A stretch of 64,000 bases of DNA from a virus: positions 32,001 through 96,000 of IMG/VR virus record IMGVR_UViG_3300047089_000307; one strand, 5' to 3'. The notes under the pieces were generated by a model. That model did no database searches, was not told where the DNA came from, and saw nothing but the letters and a program-made list of their open reading frames with translations. Below, one piece after another: positions 37,005 to 46,787 of this stretch. The stretch's first letter is position 1; the number at the start of each line of letters is the position of its first letter. Position numbers and translations under genes: made by a program.

Positions 37005-37217
37005 TCAGGAGGCTGCCTTGCCCGCCGCTTCCTGCGCTTCCGGCGGGATCGCCAGGCTGTAGCAACTGGCGAAGTAGAACGTCACGGGACCGCTGAGCGG
37101 CCGGTGCAGCTCGATCGTCGGCGGCGGGACAAGCCCGTCAGGGTGCTGGACGTTCAGCCACGCCTTGCCGTCCTGCGTAACGTACGTCGTTACCGGCTGG
37201 CTCACGGGGCTCACCAT
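37005..37217 (-). CDS. hypothetical protein
   Basis: ORF upstream of the terminator. Confidence 0.45.
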   Translation of the reverse strand: MVSPVSQPVTTYVTQDGKAWLNVQHPDGLVPPPTIELHRPLSGPVTFYFASCYSLAIPPEAQEAAGKAAS

Positions 37218-37513
37218 GAATTAACCTGAGTGTTGCCGTTGCCGAACTGGACACCGCGCGCCCCGGTACCGGCGTCCGCCTCCGGCGCCTTAGCGCACCT
37301 CGTAACGGAGATGGCCCCGTCCGCGCTGACAGTGATCGTTTGATCACTGCCCAGGTGCGCGCCGCCCGCGTTCACGGTAATTTTCTTGCCGCCGGCCATG
37401 GTGACCGTGACCGACTGCGGGACTTCCGCTTCCGGGCCGACCGTGAAAACCCTGGCGTCTCCTCCCGTGGTGATAGTGACGCTCTCGATCCGGGCGTCCT
37501 GCTGGCCAGTCAT
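37211..37513 (-). CDS. hypothetical protein
   Basis: Coupled ORF; GARGVQFGNGNTQVN end. Confidence 0.5.
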   Translation of the reverse strand: MTGQQDARIESVTITTGGDARVFTVGPEAEVPQSVTVTMAGGKKITVNAGGAHLGSDQTITVSADGAISVTRCAKAPEADAGTGARGVQFGNGNTQVNSW

Positions 37514-38445
37514 CACTTGCCCGCCGGGATCGTGTTCGGCGCGCCAACGTAGATCGTGCACGTCTTGCACTGGTCCGCCAGGTCTTGCAGGCCCAGGAAG
37601 TACTGCGCGTACGGCCCGTACAGCTTCTGGGCTGCGGCCAGCCGGGCGGCGTTGACGCTCAGCGCCTGCTCCGCCGCGATCTGCTGGTTGTACAGCTGCT
37701 GGACGGCCGGGTCGGTCGGCGTCACGTTGTCGACGGTCACTAGCATCGGGACGCAGTTCGTCACCGTGCTGGCATCGCCGCAGAAGTAGGGAGCCTTTGT
37801 CCCTGCTGCCACGTCTAGCTCAGCATTCAGGTCTTGCGCGATCTTCGCGCCCAGTGCCGGCCAGGAAACCGGGTCGGTCCACAGTGACGGCCCGAACTGG
37901 CCGATGACGTCATTGGTGGCCCGGTCAACGGCCGGCCCCATGTTCTCGGCCAGCATGGCGTTCCAGCCGGGAGTGGAGGAGTGCGGGTTCAGCGCCACGC
38001 TGGCGTCCGTCTGGTCCGAGCTCTCCGCGCAGCCGTACTTGAGGCAGAACGCGAGGAAGGCCGGCATCACCTTGTCTACCTGGGTAGGCGTAAAGTACAC
38101 CGAGGTCCAGACGTGCACGGGCATGCCAGGAGTGCCGTCCTTTCCGGCGCCTGTCCGTACCGACATCGGGTTGTTACGGTCGCCGCCGGACGGTGAGGTC
38201 CGGTAGTTCCGGGCGTCGCACGGGTAGTACCAGGCCGTGTTGTCGTTGCCGATATTCACGTACTGCCCCGGGTGCGCGATGGCCACCACGTTCTGCGTCC
38301 CGCTGGCGTAGCCGTGACCGGTGACGATCGCGCACTGGGAGATGGCGGGCTGGGCGTGCGTGCACGATGCCAGCGCCGCCAGGCCGGCCGCTACGGCCGT
38401 TGCGCTCACCAGGATCGTCCCGGCAAGCCTCCTGCTGATCCTCAA
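37513..38445 (-). CDS. lipoprotein, SPFH/band-7-like
   Basis: Signal peptide with LASC lipobox; C-terminal Q/A-rich coil. Confidence 0.55.
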   Translation of the reverse strand: MRISRRLAGTILVSATAVAAGLAALASCTHAQPAISQCAIVTGHGYASGTQNVVAIAHPGQYVNIGNDNTAWYYPCDARNYRTSPSGGDRNNPMSVRTGAGKDGTPGMPVHVWTSVYFTPTQVDKVMPAFLAFCLKYGCAESSDQTDASVALNPHSSTPGWNAMLAENMGPAVDRATNDVIGQFGPSLWTDPVSWPALGAKIAQDLNAELDVAAGTKAPYFCGDASTVTNCVPMLVTVDNVTPTDPAVQQLYNQQIAAEQALSVNAARLAAAQKLYGPYAQYFLGLQDLADQCKTCTIYVGAPNTIPAGK

Positions 38446-38711
38446 CTGATTTCCCTTTCTTGCAGTAGCCTGCCGAGCGCCTCATACGCGGGCAGGGCCA
38501 GCTCCCTGGTGCTTCCTGATGCCAGGGAGTCACTGATTGCCGTGGCGAGCGCGTCCTGCGCCAGCTTCAGGGAACGGCGCTGCGCATGGACGGCGCACCG
38601 TTCCCGCTGGTAGCCGCGGATCTTCCGGGTCGCCCAGAAGCCGAGGGCCCCCATCCACACGGTCGCGACCAGCAGCGACGGCAGCGTCACGCTGACAAAG
38701 AACCGGATCAT
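38442..38711 (-). CDS. small membrane protein
   Basis: N-terminal hydrophobic segment. Confidence 0.5.
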   Translation of the reverse strand: MIRFFVSVTLPSLLVATVWMGALGFWATRKIRGYQRERCAVHAQRRSLKLAQDALATAISDSLASGSTRELALPAYEALGRLLQEREIS

Positions 38712-38968
38712 TGCGTTCCCAGGTAGCCCTCGATCACGGCCAGCTCCCGGCGGAGATCCAGGGCCAGCACGCGGGCACGGGCCTGGTCGGCGGCCAGTTC
38801 CCCTTCCGTCTTGCGACCGTAGCCGCTCAGCTTCACGTCCGCCCACCGCCATCTCCCGGGCGGGCAGGGCACGCTGAGGTCATCTGCCGCCCTGATCCGG
38901 TTCCGCAGCGACCAGCAGTGATCGCGCAGGACCTTCCGCGCCTCCTCCGGCAGGGTCGTCAGCCCCAT
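38708..38968 (-). CDS. hypothetical protein
   Basis: Coupled ORF. Confidence 0.45.
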   Translation of the reverse strand: MGLTTLPEEARKVLRDHCWSLRNRIRAADDLSVPCPPGRWRWADVKLSGYGRKTEGELAADQARARVLALDLRRELAVIEGYLGTQ

Positions 38969-39831
38969 GCGGCGCACCCGCCATCGCATTCATTGCACCC
39001 GGCCACGGCCACGGCCACCGGGTGGGCTGCCGCGTTCACGAGCGGGAACTCGAATATGCGCCGGGAATCGATGTCGGCGGAGCAGCTGACCTCGCCGTCC
39101 TGGGCGCAGCCGGCGTTCACGAGCACCCGTCCGCCGTTCTCCCAGCAGTCCTGGTCGTTGACGCCGTCCTCGCAGCCGGCCGCGCGCACGCGCTGCTCCG
39201 TGCACTCGCTGAGGGCCGCGTCGTCGGCTTCCTCGCAGCCAGCCGCGCGGACGGCCCGGCCATTGCCGCTCTCCCAGCAGTCGCCGCGATCGTCGGCGTT
39301 GTCACAGCCCGCGCTCACGACCCGGGCACGGGCCGCCCGCTTGTTATCGTCTTCGGCCCAGCAGACGTAGTCGTCGCAGCCGGCCCCGGTCAGCCACGGC
39401 TCGCTCTCGCTGACGCTCACCCGGGTCACGGCGGGCTGCGAGAGTGCCTGCATGCGGTCCCACGCCTGCTCGCCCTCCGGGACGTGCGCGTGGAAGGGGG
39501 CGGTCCAGCGCTCTGCATCCGGGTCCCACGTCCGCAGGAACTCCCGGTCCTCGTGCCCGGTGAGCTCGTGCCGGATGAATCCCAGCAGCCGGAACAGCAG
39601 CGCTTCCGTGCTCTCGTAGTCGCTGGCGCTCACCCGGATGAGGGCGCGCTCGGTGAGCGGGACGCGGTACTCCCCGCCCCGGGTGATGAAGCTGGAGTCG
39701 ACGGTCTCGATCTCGATGCCCACGTGCACCCGGTCGCCGTCACCCGGCGCCGGCGCGGCGCTGATCCTCCATCCCGGGCGGAAGATCGTCCTGCGCAGGA
39801 CGCCGACCGCCTCGTGCTGGCTAATGCTCAT
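38959..39831 (-). CDS. hypothetical protein with six C-terminal AGC..C repeats
   Basis: AGCDDYVCW, AGCDNADDRGDCW, AGCEEADDAALSEC, AGCEDGVNDQDCW, AGCAQDGEVSC, AGCNECDGGC. Confidence 0.65.
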   Translation of the reverse strand: MSISQHEAVGVLRRTIFRPGWRISAAPAPGDGDRVHVGIEIETVDSSFITRGGEYRVPLTERALIRVSASDYESTEALLFRLLGFIRHELTGHEDREFLRTWDPDAERWTAPFHAHVPEGEQAWDRMQALSQPAVTRVSVSESEPWLTGAGCDDYVCWAEDDNKRAARARVVSAGCDNADDRGDCWESGNGRAVRAAGCEEADDAALSECTEQRVRAAGCEDGVNDQDCWENGGRVLVNAGCAQDGEVSCSADIDSRRIFEFPLVNAAAHPVAVAVAGCNECDGGCAAWG

Positions 39832-39881
39832 TCCTTGTCATCCTTCCTTGACGATGACCTGCTTGGCCGCGCGCTCGCTCA

Positions 39882-40133
39882 TTACCAGGTCACCGTGCAG
39901 TCGGGCTGGTAGCAGACGTGCGACCCGGGATGGCTCGCGCCCTTCTTGCCGCGCTCGCCCATGACGATGAGATCGCAGCGGTGCGTGAGGTGCGGCTGGC
40001 CGCCGGTTTCCTCGTGCGTTGAGCCGCACTTCTTGTTCCCGGCGTCGCGGCCCTGGTAGGCGCCCAGCCCGGCAAGGCACCCGATCGCGTGCTTCTTGAT
40101 CGTGCCCCCGCACTGGTCACAGGGTGCTGCCAT
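39882..40133 (-). CDS. small Cys/His-rich protein
   Basis: CDQC..H..C; further C/H residues. Confidence 0.5.
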   Translation of the reverse strand: MAAPCDQCGGTIKKHAIGCLAGLGAYQGRDAGNKKCGSTHEETGGQPHLTHRCDLIVMGERGKKGASHPGSHVCYQPDCTVTW

Positions 40134-40356
40134 TTTCCTGCCTTTCCAGGCTCATGTTCGACATGCTGAGGACATGGAACCCGGCCCTCTCCCGGCCCTT
40201 TCCGTGGCCCTGCTCCCGCATGGCTGCATAGAACCTCGTGAGCGCGTTGGGAACTGACGTGGCCTGGATGGTCATGTGGCTTAGCACGGTGGGATCATCT
40301 CCGGCCAGGTGCAGCCAGGTAACACGGAACTCATGCTGGGGCATCTTCGGGTTCAC
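40117..40356 (-). CDS. hypothetical protein
   Basis: ORF with SD. Confidence 0.45.
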   Translation of the reverse strand: MNPKMPQHEFRVTWLHLAGDDPTVLSHMTIQATSVPNALTRFYAAMREQGHGKGRERAGFHVLSMSNMSLERQENGSTL

Positions 40357-40603
40357 TGTCTCCCCTTACCTGCCACGGGCCGCCTTCCGTCTCCGGAGGG
40401 CGGCCCGGCTGGATCAGCTGTCGGCGGCGTCGTCCCAGTCGCCGGGCCCGGTGCCCTCAGCGTCCTCCAGGCTGGCGATCATCCGGCGGAAGGCCAGGAT
40501 CGCCGACAGCGCGGCAGCCCCGGCAGAGGCCAGGATGAGCCCGAGTTCGATCTTCCTCATTTTCTTTCCCTTTTCTCTTTCTTTTGCGGTGGATGGCAGT
40601 GAG

Positions 40604-40669
40604 CGGAAAGGAGCGGACTCGAACCGCTTGCCCGGGGATATTCATCCCGGTATGCGCCTGCGCCTTTCC
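40604..40669 (-). tRNA. tRNA-like element lacking a D-stem
   Basis: GGAAAGG/CCTTTCC acceptor stem; AGCGG-TTCGAGT-CCGCT T-arm; CCGGG/CCCGG stem with 9-nt loop ATGAATATC; no encoded CCA. Confidence 0.6.
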
Positions 40670-40766
40670 TGGGCGTCCCCGCCGTATCACCCTTCCGTGC
40701 GCCCGTCGATGAAATGCCTCCTGTGCGCACCCGAGGCAGGGATGCTGTTGTAACCGGGGAGAAAGG

Positions 40767-41018
40767 TTAAGCCCCAGCCGGCGGGGAGCCTGCCTCCAGT
40801 TCTACCCTGCCGGAGTCCGGTGGGCCGCCTCGCTCAGCAGGGGGAGCCTCCCAGGCTTCGACCGCGCGCACGGCGATCTCCAGTCCCTCGGCTATGCCCA
40901 GCTCCCGGTTCCTGGCCTTGATCGTCCGGGCGCCCAGGGCCGTCTCGCGGTGCCCGGCGGCCAGGTTGCCCAGGTGCGTGCAGAAGCCGGCCTTGTCCGC
41001 GATGATTACCTGCTTCAC
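40767..41018 (-). CDS. hypothetical protein
   Basis: ORF with SD. Confidence 0.45.
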   Translation of the reverse strand: MKQVIIADKAGFCTHLGNLAAGHRETALGARTIKARNRELGIAEGLEIAVRAVEAWEAPPAERGGPPDSGRVELEAGSPPAGA

Positions 41019-41090
41019 GTGCCCTTCCTCTCCCGCCCCGCCGGCCGGGTCACTCCGGTCAGCGGGGCGGAGCCTTTGGTTACGGCGTGC

Positions 41091-41537
41091 TCACCCGTAA
41101 TCCTTGTAGTCCACCGGGCCCTCGGGGGTCCAGAACCGGAACGTCCCGTGGTGCGGGCCGGCCAGCACGATCGTCGCGAGCTTGCCCGTCACCTGCGTGA
41201 TGGTGTGCGCCTGGCTGCGGCGCAGCAGGTACGGCCGCCACGGACGGTGGTGGCGGGTGACCGGCGGCCGGGACATGTCGCGAGTGTCCCAGACCTTCTC
41301 CGTGTACCCGCCGCTGACCGCGACGGAAATAAAGGACCGCGCGTGGTCGTGCGGGTCACGCCCGCTGTCCGGTCCGAAGATCCGCGTTACCAGCAGGGTG
41401 AGCGCCGGGACGGTGAGCAGCCGCCAGCGGTCGATGAACACGTCATCGCCGACGCTCACCTGGTAGTGCCGGACGCCTGCCCAGCGCGGGGTGCGCGGGG
41501 CGGTCGCGGTCGTGCGGTCTGGCGCTTCAGTGCTCAA
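41091..41537 (-). CDS. cupin-like phage protein
   Basis: PDSGRDPHDH..GGYTE..HTIT. Confidence 0.6.
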   Translation of the reverse strand: MSTEAPDRTTATAPRTPRWAGVRHYQVSVGDDVFIDRWRLLTVPALTLLVTRIFGPDSGRDPHDHARSFISVAVSGGYTEKVWDTRDMSRPPVTRHHRPWRPYLLRRSQAHTITQVTGKLATIVLAGPHHGTFRFWTPEGPVDYKDYG

Positions 41538-41736
41538 GGCTCTCAGGCTCCTTCCTTTCCTCCAGGTCTTCTGCCTCAGCGGCGAGTCCTCCGTCAGTCG
41601 CGCCGGCCAGCGCGAGCGTCGCGTGGACTTGCGCCCTGGTCAGCACACGCGGCGTGATCACATGGCCGCCATGGCTGGCAGTTGCGTACTCAGCGAGCAG
41701 CCGCTCGGCTTCGCGGTAATGCCAGGCCGCGTTCAT
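41527..41736 (-). CDS. hypothetical protein
   Basis: HYREAERLL..AQVHATLALA actinophage-type pattern. Confidence 0.55.
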   Translation of the reverse strand: MNAAWHYREAERLLAEYATASHGGHVITPRVLTRAQVHATLALAGATDGGLAAEAEDLEERKEPESLEH

Positions 41737-42899
41737 GCCAGCGCCGCCTCGCGGGCCAGCTTCGCGGCCTTTGCCTTCAGCGGCTCGGACTTGAGCAGGT
41801 TGCGGTTCAGCTTGCTCTCCCAGGTCCGGGAGGTCCGGGCGTGGTCCAGGTACTCGCCGGCTGCCTGCACCAGGCCGTACGCGGTGCCGCCGATCCCGGC
41901 GCCCTCCACGGTCGGCCCGTTCAGGAAGCCGAGCACCGCGGCGCGGGCCTCCTCGATGTTGGCCATGACCCGGTCGGAGATGATGCCGTCCGGGGGCGCG
42001 GGAATGAATTCCTTCAGCCACATCTGCTGCTGAGCCGGGGTGACCTTGATCCCGAGCAGGTCGCTCATGGCCGTGACGTACTCCGCGTTCTCCTGCCGGG
42101 CGAACTGGAGTGCCCCGCGGGCTTCCTCCAGCCGGTCCCGCCAGTTGCCGCGGTGGCTGAACGAGAACACCGCGCCGGTCCGCTTGCCCTCCGCCTCGGC
42201 CGCGCCGAAGGTGTTCCCGCAGACGATGCGGACCTCGGTCAGCCGGGCGCAGCAGCTCGCGTTACCGGTGTGGTCACTGGTCACTCCCAGGTACGGGAAG
42301 CTGTAGGACGCGTCGATGCGCCCGCCAGCCTGCACCTGGTGCGGCTCGTCCAGCCGGGCGAGCATCCAGACCTTCTTGCCGCCGGACAGGCTGCCGCCGG
42401 TCTCCAGCTTCACCGTGCCCGGCTCAGTCCCGAGGATCGCGTCGATGATCTCACCGAACGCGCTGTTGGGCACGATGTGGTAGCTGTCGCGCTGGTAGGA
42501 GAGCGTGGCCCCGGTGTCGCTGCGGGCGATCCGGCTCCACTTCTCCTGGGCGGCGTCGCTGACGATCGTGCCGGTGAAGGAGCCGAACTGCACGGCGCCG
42601 ATGACCCCGGCGGCCTTGTCCGGGTTCCGGAAGGAAGCCTCCCACAGCCGGGTGAGCTGCGCCGCCGTCTCGGCCGTGGGCTGGCCGTTCTCACGGAGCA
42701 GGATCTCCATGGCGTGCTGGCGGAACTGGTCGGGGGACAGGAGGATATCGGCCGGCACCGGGTGCGCGACCGGGTCCCAGTCCAGGCCCGCGAGGACGCG
42801 GGCCTCCTGGAAGCTCTGCGGGTAGTCATCGAGCACTTCGCCCTGGCGATGCCATGGCATCTCTCGTACACTAAACATCTTTTCGACGTCTGCTGGCAC
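41733..42899 (-). CDS. DUF932 family phage/plasmid protein
   Basis: MFSVREMPWH, ETGGSLSGGKKVW, VRIVCGNT, GTAYGLVQA. Confidence 0.85.
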   Translation of the reverse strand: MPADVEKMFSVREMPWHRQGEVLDDYPQSFQEARVLAGLDWDPVAHPVPADILLSPDQFRQHAMEILLRENGQPTAETAAQLTRLWEASFRNPDKAAGVIGAVQFGSFTGTIVSDAAQEKWSRIARSDTGATLSYQRDSYHIVPNSAFGEIIDAILGTEPGTVKLETGGSLSGGKKVWMLARLDEPHQVQAGGRIDASYSFPYLGVTSDHTGNASCCARLTEVRIVCGNTFGAAEAEGKRTGAVFSFSHRGNWRDRLEEARGALQFARQENAEYVTAMSDLLGIKVTPAQQQMWLKEFIPAPPDGIISDRVMANIEEARAAVLGFLNGPTVEGAGIGGTAYGLVQAAGEYLDHARTSRTWESKLNRNLLKSEPLKAKAAKLAREAALA

Positions 42900-42949
42900 T
42901 ACTGCCCTTTCTTCCGTGCCGTCTCATGCCGGGCTGGCGTGAGCGGCCT

Positions 42950-43045
42950 CTAAGCTACGCTTAGCGTATCATAGAGTATAACAAGAGGCGCTGGATGTTT
43001 ATTCCTAAAGGTCAAAGGTATCTTTTCGAACAAACGTTCTATAAT
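42950..43045. promoter_or_regulatory. AT-rich divergent promoter region
   Basis: TGaTACGCT extended -10 on - strand; lies between divergent gene blocks. Confidence 0.55.
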
Positions 43046-43135
43046 GGCAATTCGCGTCCGCAGCGAGAATCTTGCCCTGACGCACGCGCTGGCTCCTGTT
43101 ACGATACCCGCAGATACTCCCCAGGAGGAGAAGCC

Positions 43136-43465
43136 ATGGAAATCCCGAGGCTCGCCAGCCCGGCCACGAACCCCAACGGCTACCTGGCCGCGGTCGGCGC
43201 GGTGCTCGCCGCCGTGGTCATGATCTACAACGCCGTCAATCACCGCGGCCCGGTTGACGCCACCGTGATCGTCTCCGGCGCCGGCGCGCTCCTCGCGCTG
43301 CTCAGCCGTCAGTACGTCACCCCGGTCAGCGACCCGCGCGACGGCAACGGGAACTCCCTCGCGGCGGTGCCCGCTCCCCTGGCACCGGTTCTCAGGACGG
43401 CAGCCGGCTTGAAGAGCACCAGTGACCTGCATGCTGCTGAGGACACGCCGCCGGGCCAGCCATGA
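43136..43465 (+). CDS. holin-like membrane protein
   Basis: Two TM segments then RQYVTPV; AGGAGG SD. Confidence 0.55.
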   Translation: MEIPRLASPATNPNGYLAAVGAVLAAVVMIYNAVNHRGPVDATVIVSGAGALLALLSRQYVTPVSDPRDGNGNSLAAVPAPLAPVLRTAAGLKSTSDLHAAEDTPPGQP

Positions 43466-44355
43466 GCGATCTCGCCGGGGACGCCCCGGGCACGATCATC
43501 GTCGCCGGGGACTGGCACGGCAATACGCCCTGGGCGCTGCACGTCATCGGCGTGGCAGCGCGGCTGCTGGAGGGCGAGGAGCAGCCGGTAATCCTTCATT
43601 TGGGCGACTTCGGTATCTGGCCTGGCCCCGCGGGACAGCGGTACGTGCACGAGGTCAGGCGAGCCTGCCGGGAGAAGGGCGTGACGCTGTGGTTCATTGA
43701 CGGCAACCACGAGGATTTCACCCGGCTGCACCGGTTTGACATCCGCGAGGGGACCGCTGAGCCGGCGCCCGGCATGTGGTGGCTACCGCGCAACACCCGC
43801 TGGACCTGGCACGGCCGTACGTGGCACGCACTGGGCGGCGCGGTGAGCGTGGACCGGGCGATCCGGCACGAGGGCATCAGCTGGTGGCCGCAGGAGGAGA
43901 TCACGAGGTCGCAGGCGCGCGAGGCCATCGCGGCCGGCCCGGCGGACGTCCTTGTCACCCATGACTGTCCCGCAGGCGTGCGGCACTCATTCGGGCCGCC
44001 GCCGTCCTTCTGGGATGACCGCGACCTGGCGCGCAGTGACGCGCACCGCGAGCGGCTCCAGGACGTGGTCAGTGCCGTGCAGCCGCGGTGGATCATGCAC
44101 GGGCACCTGCACCGGGCCTACCAGCGCAACTGCGACTTCGGCTACGGCCCGGTAGAAGTCACCGGCCTGGACTGCGATGGCAGTGACGGAAACTACGCCG
44201 TGCTAGATGTGCGCACCATGGCATGGGAGCGGTTACGGCCCTGCTGCCCCGGCCCTTACGGCAGTCCCGCTTCCCCGGCTGCGCTCTTTTCAGTTACGTT
44301 CAGTGACAGAAAATCACCGAAGGTGGATTCCGTTACCGTTGCGCCAGGCGCATGA
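43462..44355 (+). CDS. metallophosphoesterase (calcineurin-like)
   Basis: GDWHG, LGDFG, DGNHED, THDCP, HGHLH. Confidence 0.9.
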   Translation: MSDLAGDAPGTIIVAGDWHGNTPWALHVIGVAARLLEGEEQPVILHLGDFGIWPGPAGQRYVHEVRRACREKGVTLWFIDGNHEDFTRLHRFDIREGTAEPAPGMWWLPRNTRWTWHGRTWHALGGAVSVDRAIRHEGISWWPQEEITRSQAREAIAAGPADVLVTHDCPAGVRHSFGPPPSFWDDRDLARSDAHRERLQDVVSAVQPRWIMHGHLHRAYQRNCDFGYGPVEVTGLDCDGSDGNYAVLDVRTMAWERLRPCCPGPYGSPASPAALFSVTFSDRKSPKVDSVTVAPGA

Positions 44356-44383
44356 TCAGGGAAGCACCGTCAAGGAGGGGCAG

Positions 44384-44911
44384 ATGACAATCAACGGACT
44401 CCTGCCAGGGGACGTCCTGGCTACCCGCACCCCTGGCGCGTGGCCGGACACGATGATCCGCCTGGGGTCAGCGCTGCTGGACAAGCCGAACCTGAGTAAC
44501 CACGTCGCCGTCGTGCACCACTGGGATGCCAGCGGGACGCTGTGGGTCATCGAGGGACGGCCCGGCGGGGTCGGCTGGCGGAACGCGAGCGACTACCTGT
44601 CCTCGCGGTGGACGCTGTCCAACGTCGCCCAGCCGAAGACGGACGCGCAGCGCAAGGTCATCACGGACGGCGCGGTGGCGATCCTCGGCATGCCGTACGA
44701 CTGGGCGGCCATCATCGGCGACGGCCTGGACGACCTGCACCTGTGGAGCCCCGTGCACGGCCAGGTCCAGGGGCACGCGGTGTGCTCCGCGGTGGCGGCG
44801 CTGCTGTACGACAAGGCGGCCCTGGCACGTCCCGCGGGAGATGAAAGGCGCATCCAGCCCGCGGACTGGGCAGAATTCGTGGTCACACAGGGCTGGGCGG
44901 TGGCGCGGTGA
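44384..44911 (+). CDS. permuted papain-like (YiiX/NlpC-type) amidase
   Basis: PGDVL..NHVAV..GMPYD..CSAVAA (His before Cys). Confidence 0.6.
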   Translation: MTINGLLPGDVLATRTPGAWPDTMIRLGSALLDKPNLSNHVAVVHHWDASGTLWVIEGRPGGVGWRNASDYLSSRWTLSNVAQPKTDAQRKVITDGAVAILGMPYDWAAIIGDGLDDLHLWSPVHGQVQGHAVCSAVAALLYDKAALARPAGDERRIQPADWAEFVVTQGWAVAR

Positions 44912-45096
44912 GGGTGCTCATCGACTGGGACGATCAGTACCCGGCGCTGTACCTGCGGTTCGGGGGCTACGGGACTGAAGGAGAGACGGAAGTGCCCGAT
45001 GACGTCGCTGAGCGATGGCGCGCAACGTGGGACGCGTGGTGGGAGCTGGCTGACGAGGTCCGCGCCTTCGAGGCGGAGCGGGGCGTGACTCAGTGA
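44908..45096 (+). CDS. hypothetical protein
   Basis: GTGA-coupled. Confidence 0.5.
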   Translation: MRVLIDWDDQYPALYLRFGGYGTEGETEVPDDVAERWRATWDAWWELADEVRAFEAERGVTQ

Positions 45097-45374
45097 GTCT
45101 GACCGATTCAGAGCTGGAGGAACAGGTCCGCAGGATGCGGTCGATCGGGATGTCCACCCGCAAGATCGCCGAGACGATCGGGGACGTCAGCCAGTCCACC
45201 GTCGTGCGGATGCTCCAGAAGATCAACTCCGGCCCGCAGCCGATCCTGCGCGATAAGCCCCCGCCTGGGCGGATGGTCACGACCGCATGGGTCACGATCG
45301 CGGTCGTCGCGGTGGTGATGGCGGTGGCGTTCATCGTGCTGACCGCTGCCGTGGCCACCATCGCCTGGAAGTAA
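45093..45374 (+). CDS. HTH protein with C-terminal TM helix
   Basis: GMSTRKIAETIGDVSQSTVVRML plus hydrophobic tail. Confidence 0.65.
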   Translation: MSLTDSELEEQVRRMRSIGMSTRKIAETIGDVSQSTVVRMLQKINSGPQPILRDKPPPGRMVTTAWVTIAVVAVVMAVAFIVLTAAVATIAWK

Positions 45375-45525
45375 CGAATCGATCACGGGTCAGGGCTGTG
45401 CGGCCCGGGCTCGTGATTCATTCGTGATTCACTCGCCGTTCTGCTTGTGCGCTTGCAGATGCACGTGCTTGGCTTCTGGATGTTTCGGAGTCTTTCCCCG
45501 TCTCAATCCAGGAGCGTGATGCGCC

Positions 45526-46365
45526 ATGAGGTGGCGCCGTTACCGGCCACAGCCCTCGGCAGAGGCAGGCACGATGCCGCTGCCGCGGGCAGCAGGTCCT
45601 GCTGACTGCACTACCCCGATGCCCGCGGTTCGCACATCGCGGTTCCTCACCCCGGCCCGCACGGGAATTGCGGCCCTGGCCGTCGCGGCCGTTACCGCCG
45701 GCACCGCGCTGGCGCTGGTAGCCCCGGCCAGCCCCGCGCTCGGCGCCGCCGACGCGCTTGCTGTCCCTGCCGCGGCTGCCATCCCGGTCACGTACGCGGA
45801 TACGGGCAGTCCTGCCCTAGACAAGGCGCAGCGGGCCGCGGCTACGGGCCTGGCCACCGCGAAGGCCGACGCCCTGGCCGTGCACCAGGCTCACCTGTCT
45901 CACACGACGCACCTGGCAGTACTCACGCGCCTGGCCGCGCAGAAGAAGGCCGCGGCAGCCGCCGCACGGCAGCTCCTCATCGAGCAGGCTGCCGCGAAGA
46001 AGGCGCACAGCGTCGCGCCTGTCGCGCACCACCAGCCCGCAGGCTCCTCCGGAGGGTCCTCCTCATCCGGGTCATCCGGCTGCTCTGACCCGTCCGGTCA
46101 CCTGACCGCCTCCCAGATGAGCATGCTCTGGCTGTGCGCCGGCGGCCCGTCCTGGGCGGTCAGCCACGCGCTGCGGATCGCCATGTGCGAGAGCGGCTGG
46201 AACACCTTCGCGCACAACCCCAGCGGCGCGACCGGCTTGTGGCAGATCCTCGGCCAGGTCACCGCCTTCGGGGGCAGCTTGCGCGACGCGCACGTCAACG
46301 CGCTCAACGCCGTGGCCAAGTTCCGGGCCAGCGGCGACACCTTCGCCCAGTGGGTGTGCCAGTGA
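45526..46365 (+). CDS. secreted lytic transglycosylase (SLT/Rpf-like)
   Basis: Signal/TM segment; IAMCESGWN..NPSGATGLWQI..QWVC. Confidence 0.8.
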   Translation: MRWRRYRPQPSAEAGTMPLPRAAGPADCTTPMPAVRTSRFLTPARTGIAALAVAAVTAGTALALVAPASPALGAADALAVPAAAAIPVTYADTGSPALDKAQRAAATGLATAKADALAVHQAHLSHTTHLAVLTRLAAQKKAAAAAARQLLIEQAAAKKAHSVAPVAHHQPAGSSGGSSSSGSSGCSDPSGHLTASQMSMLWLCAGGPSWAVSHALRIAMCESGWNTFAHNPSGATGLWQILGQVTAFGGSLRDAHVNALNAVAKFRASGDTFAQWVCQ

Positions 46366-46370
46366 CCGCC

Positions 46371-46787
46371 ATGACCGCCGTCATCTCCTCCCCGGTGACG
46401 GTCGCGTCCCTCGCGCTGATCGCCGGGATCATCGGGTGCTGCGGCGCCTGGCTGCTGGGCGGGGTCCTCGGTTACAAGCGGGGGTACTCACGCGGCGCGT
46501 TCGAGGCCAGCCTTGACGCGACCGTGAGCGCCATGCCAGCCGCCCGGCGCTCTGCGGAGTGGCGTCCCCCCGTCACGCCGGACGGCTGGGTGAGCCTCCC
46601 GCCCGTCAGGCAGCGGATCACCCCGGTCCAGGCCACCGCGCTGCTGCCCCGCGTCGCCGAGCCCTACCGGCAAGGCCCGGTGAACGTCACCGCGCCTCAG
46701 CCTGCTATCGGGCTGTCCGACGCCGAATGGCTCGATCAGATGGCCCGGCAGGCTGAGGAGTTCCGGGAGAAGATGTCATGCCCGTAA
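46371..46787 (+). CDS. membrane protein
   Basis: N-terminal TM. Confidence 0.5.
   Translation: MTAVISSPVTVASLALIAGIIGCCGAWLLGGVLGYKRGYSRGAFEASLDATVSAMPAARRSAEWRPPVTPDGWVSLPPVRQRITPVQATALLPRVAEPYRQGPVNVTAPQPAIGLSDAEWLDQMARQAEEFREKMSCP

Noticed and set aside
45376-45432. Inverted repeat with tandem TCGTGATTCA
   Set aside because: No further copies noticed; cannot tell terminator from operator.
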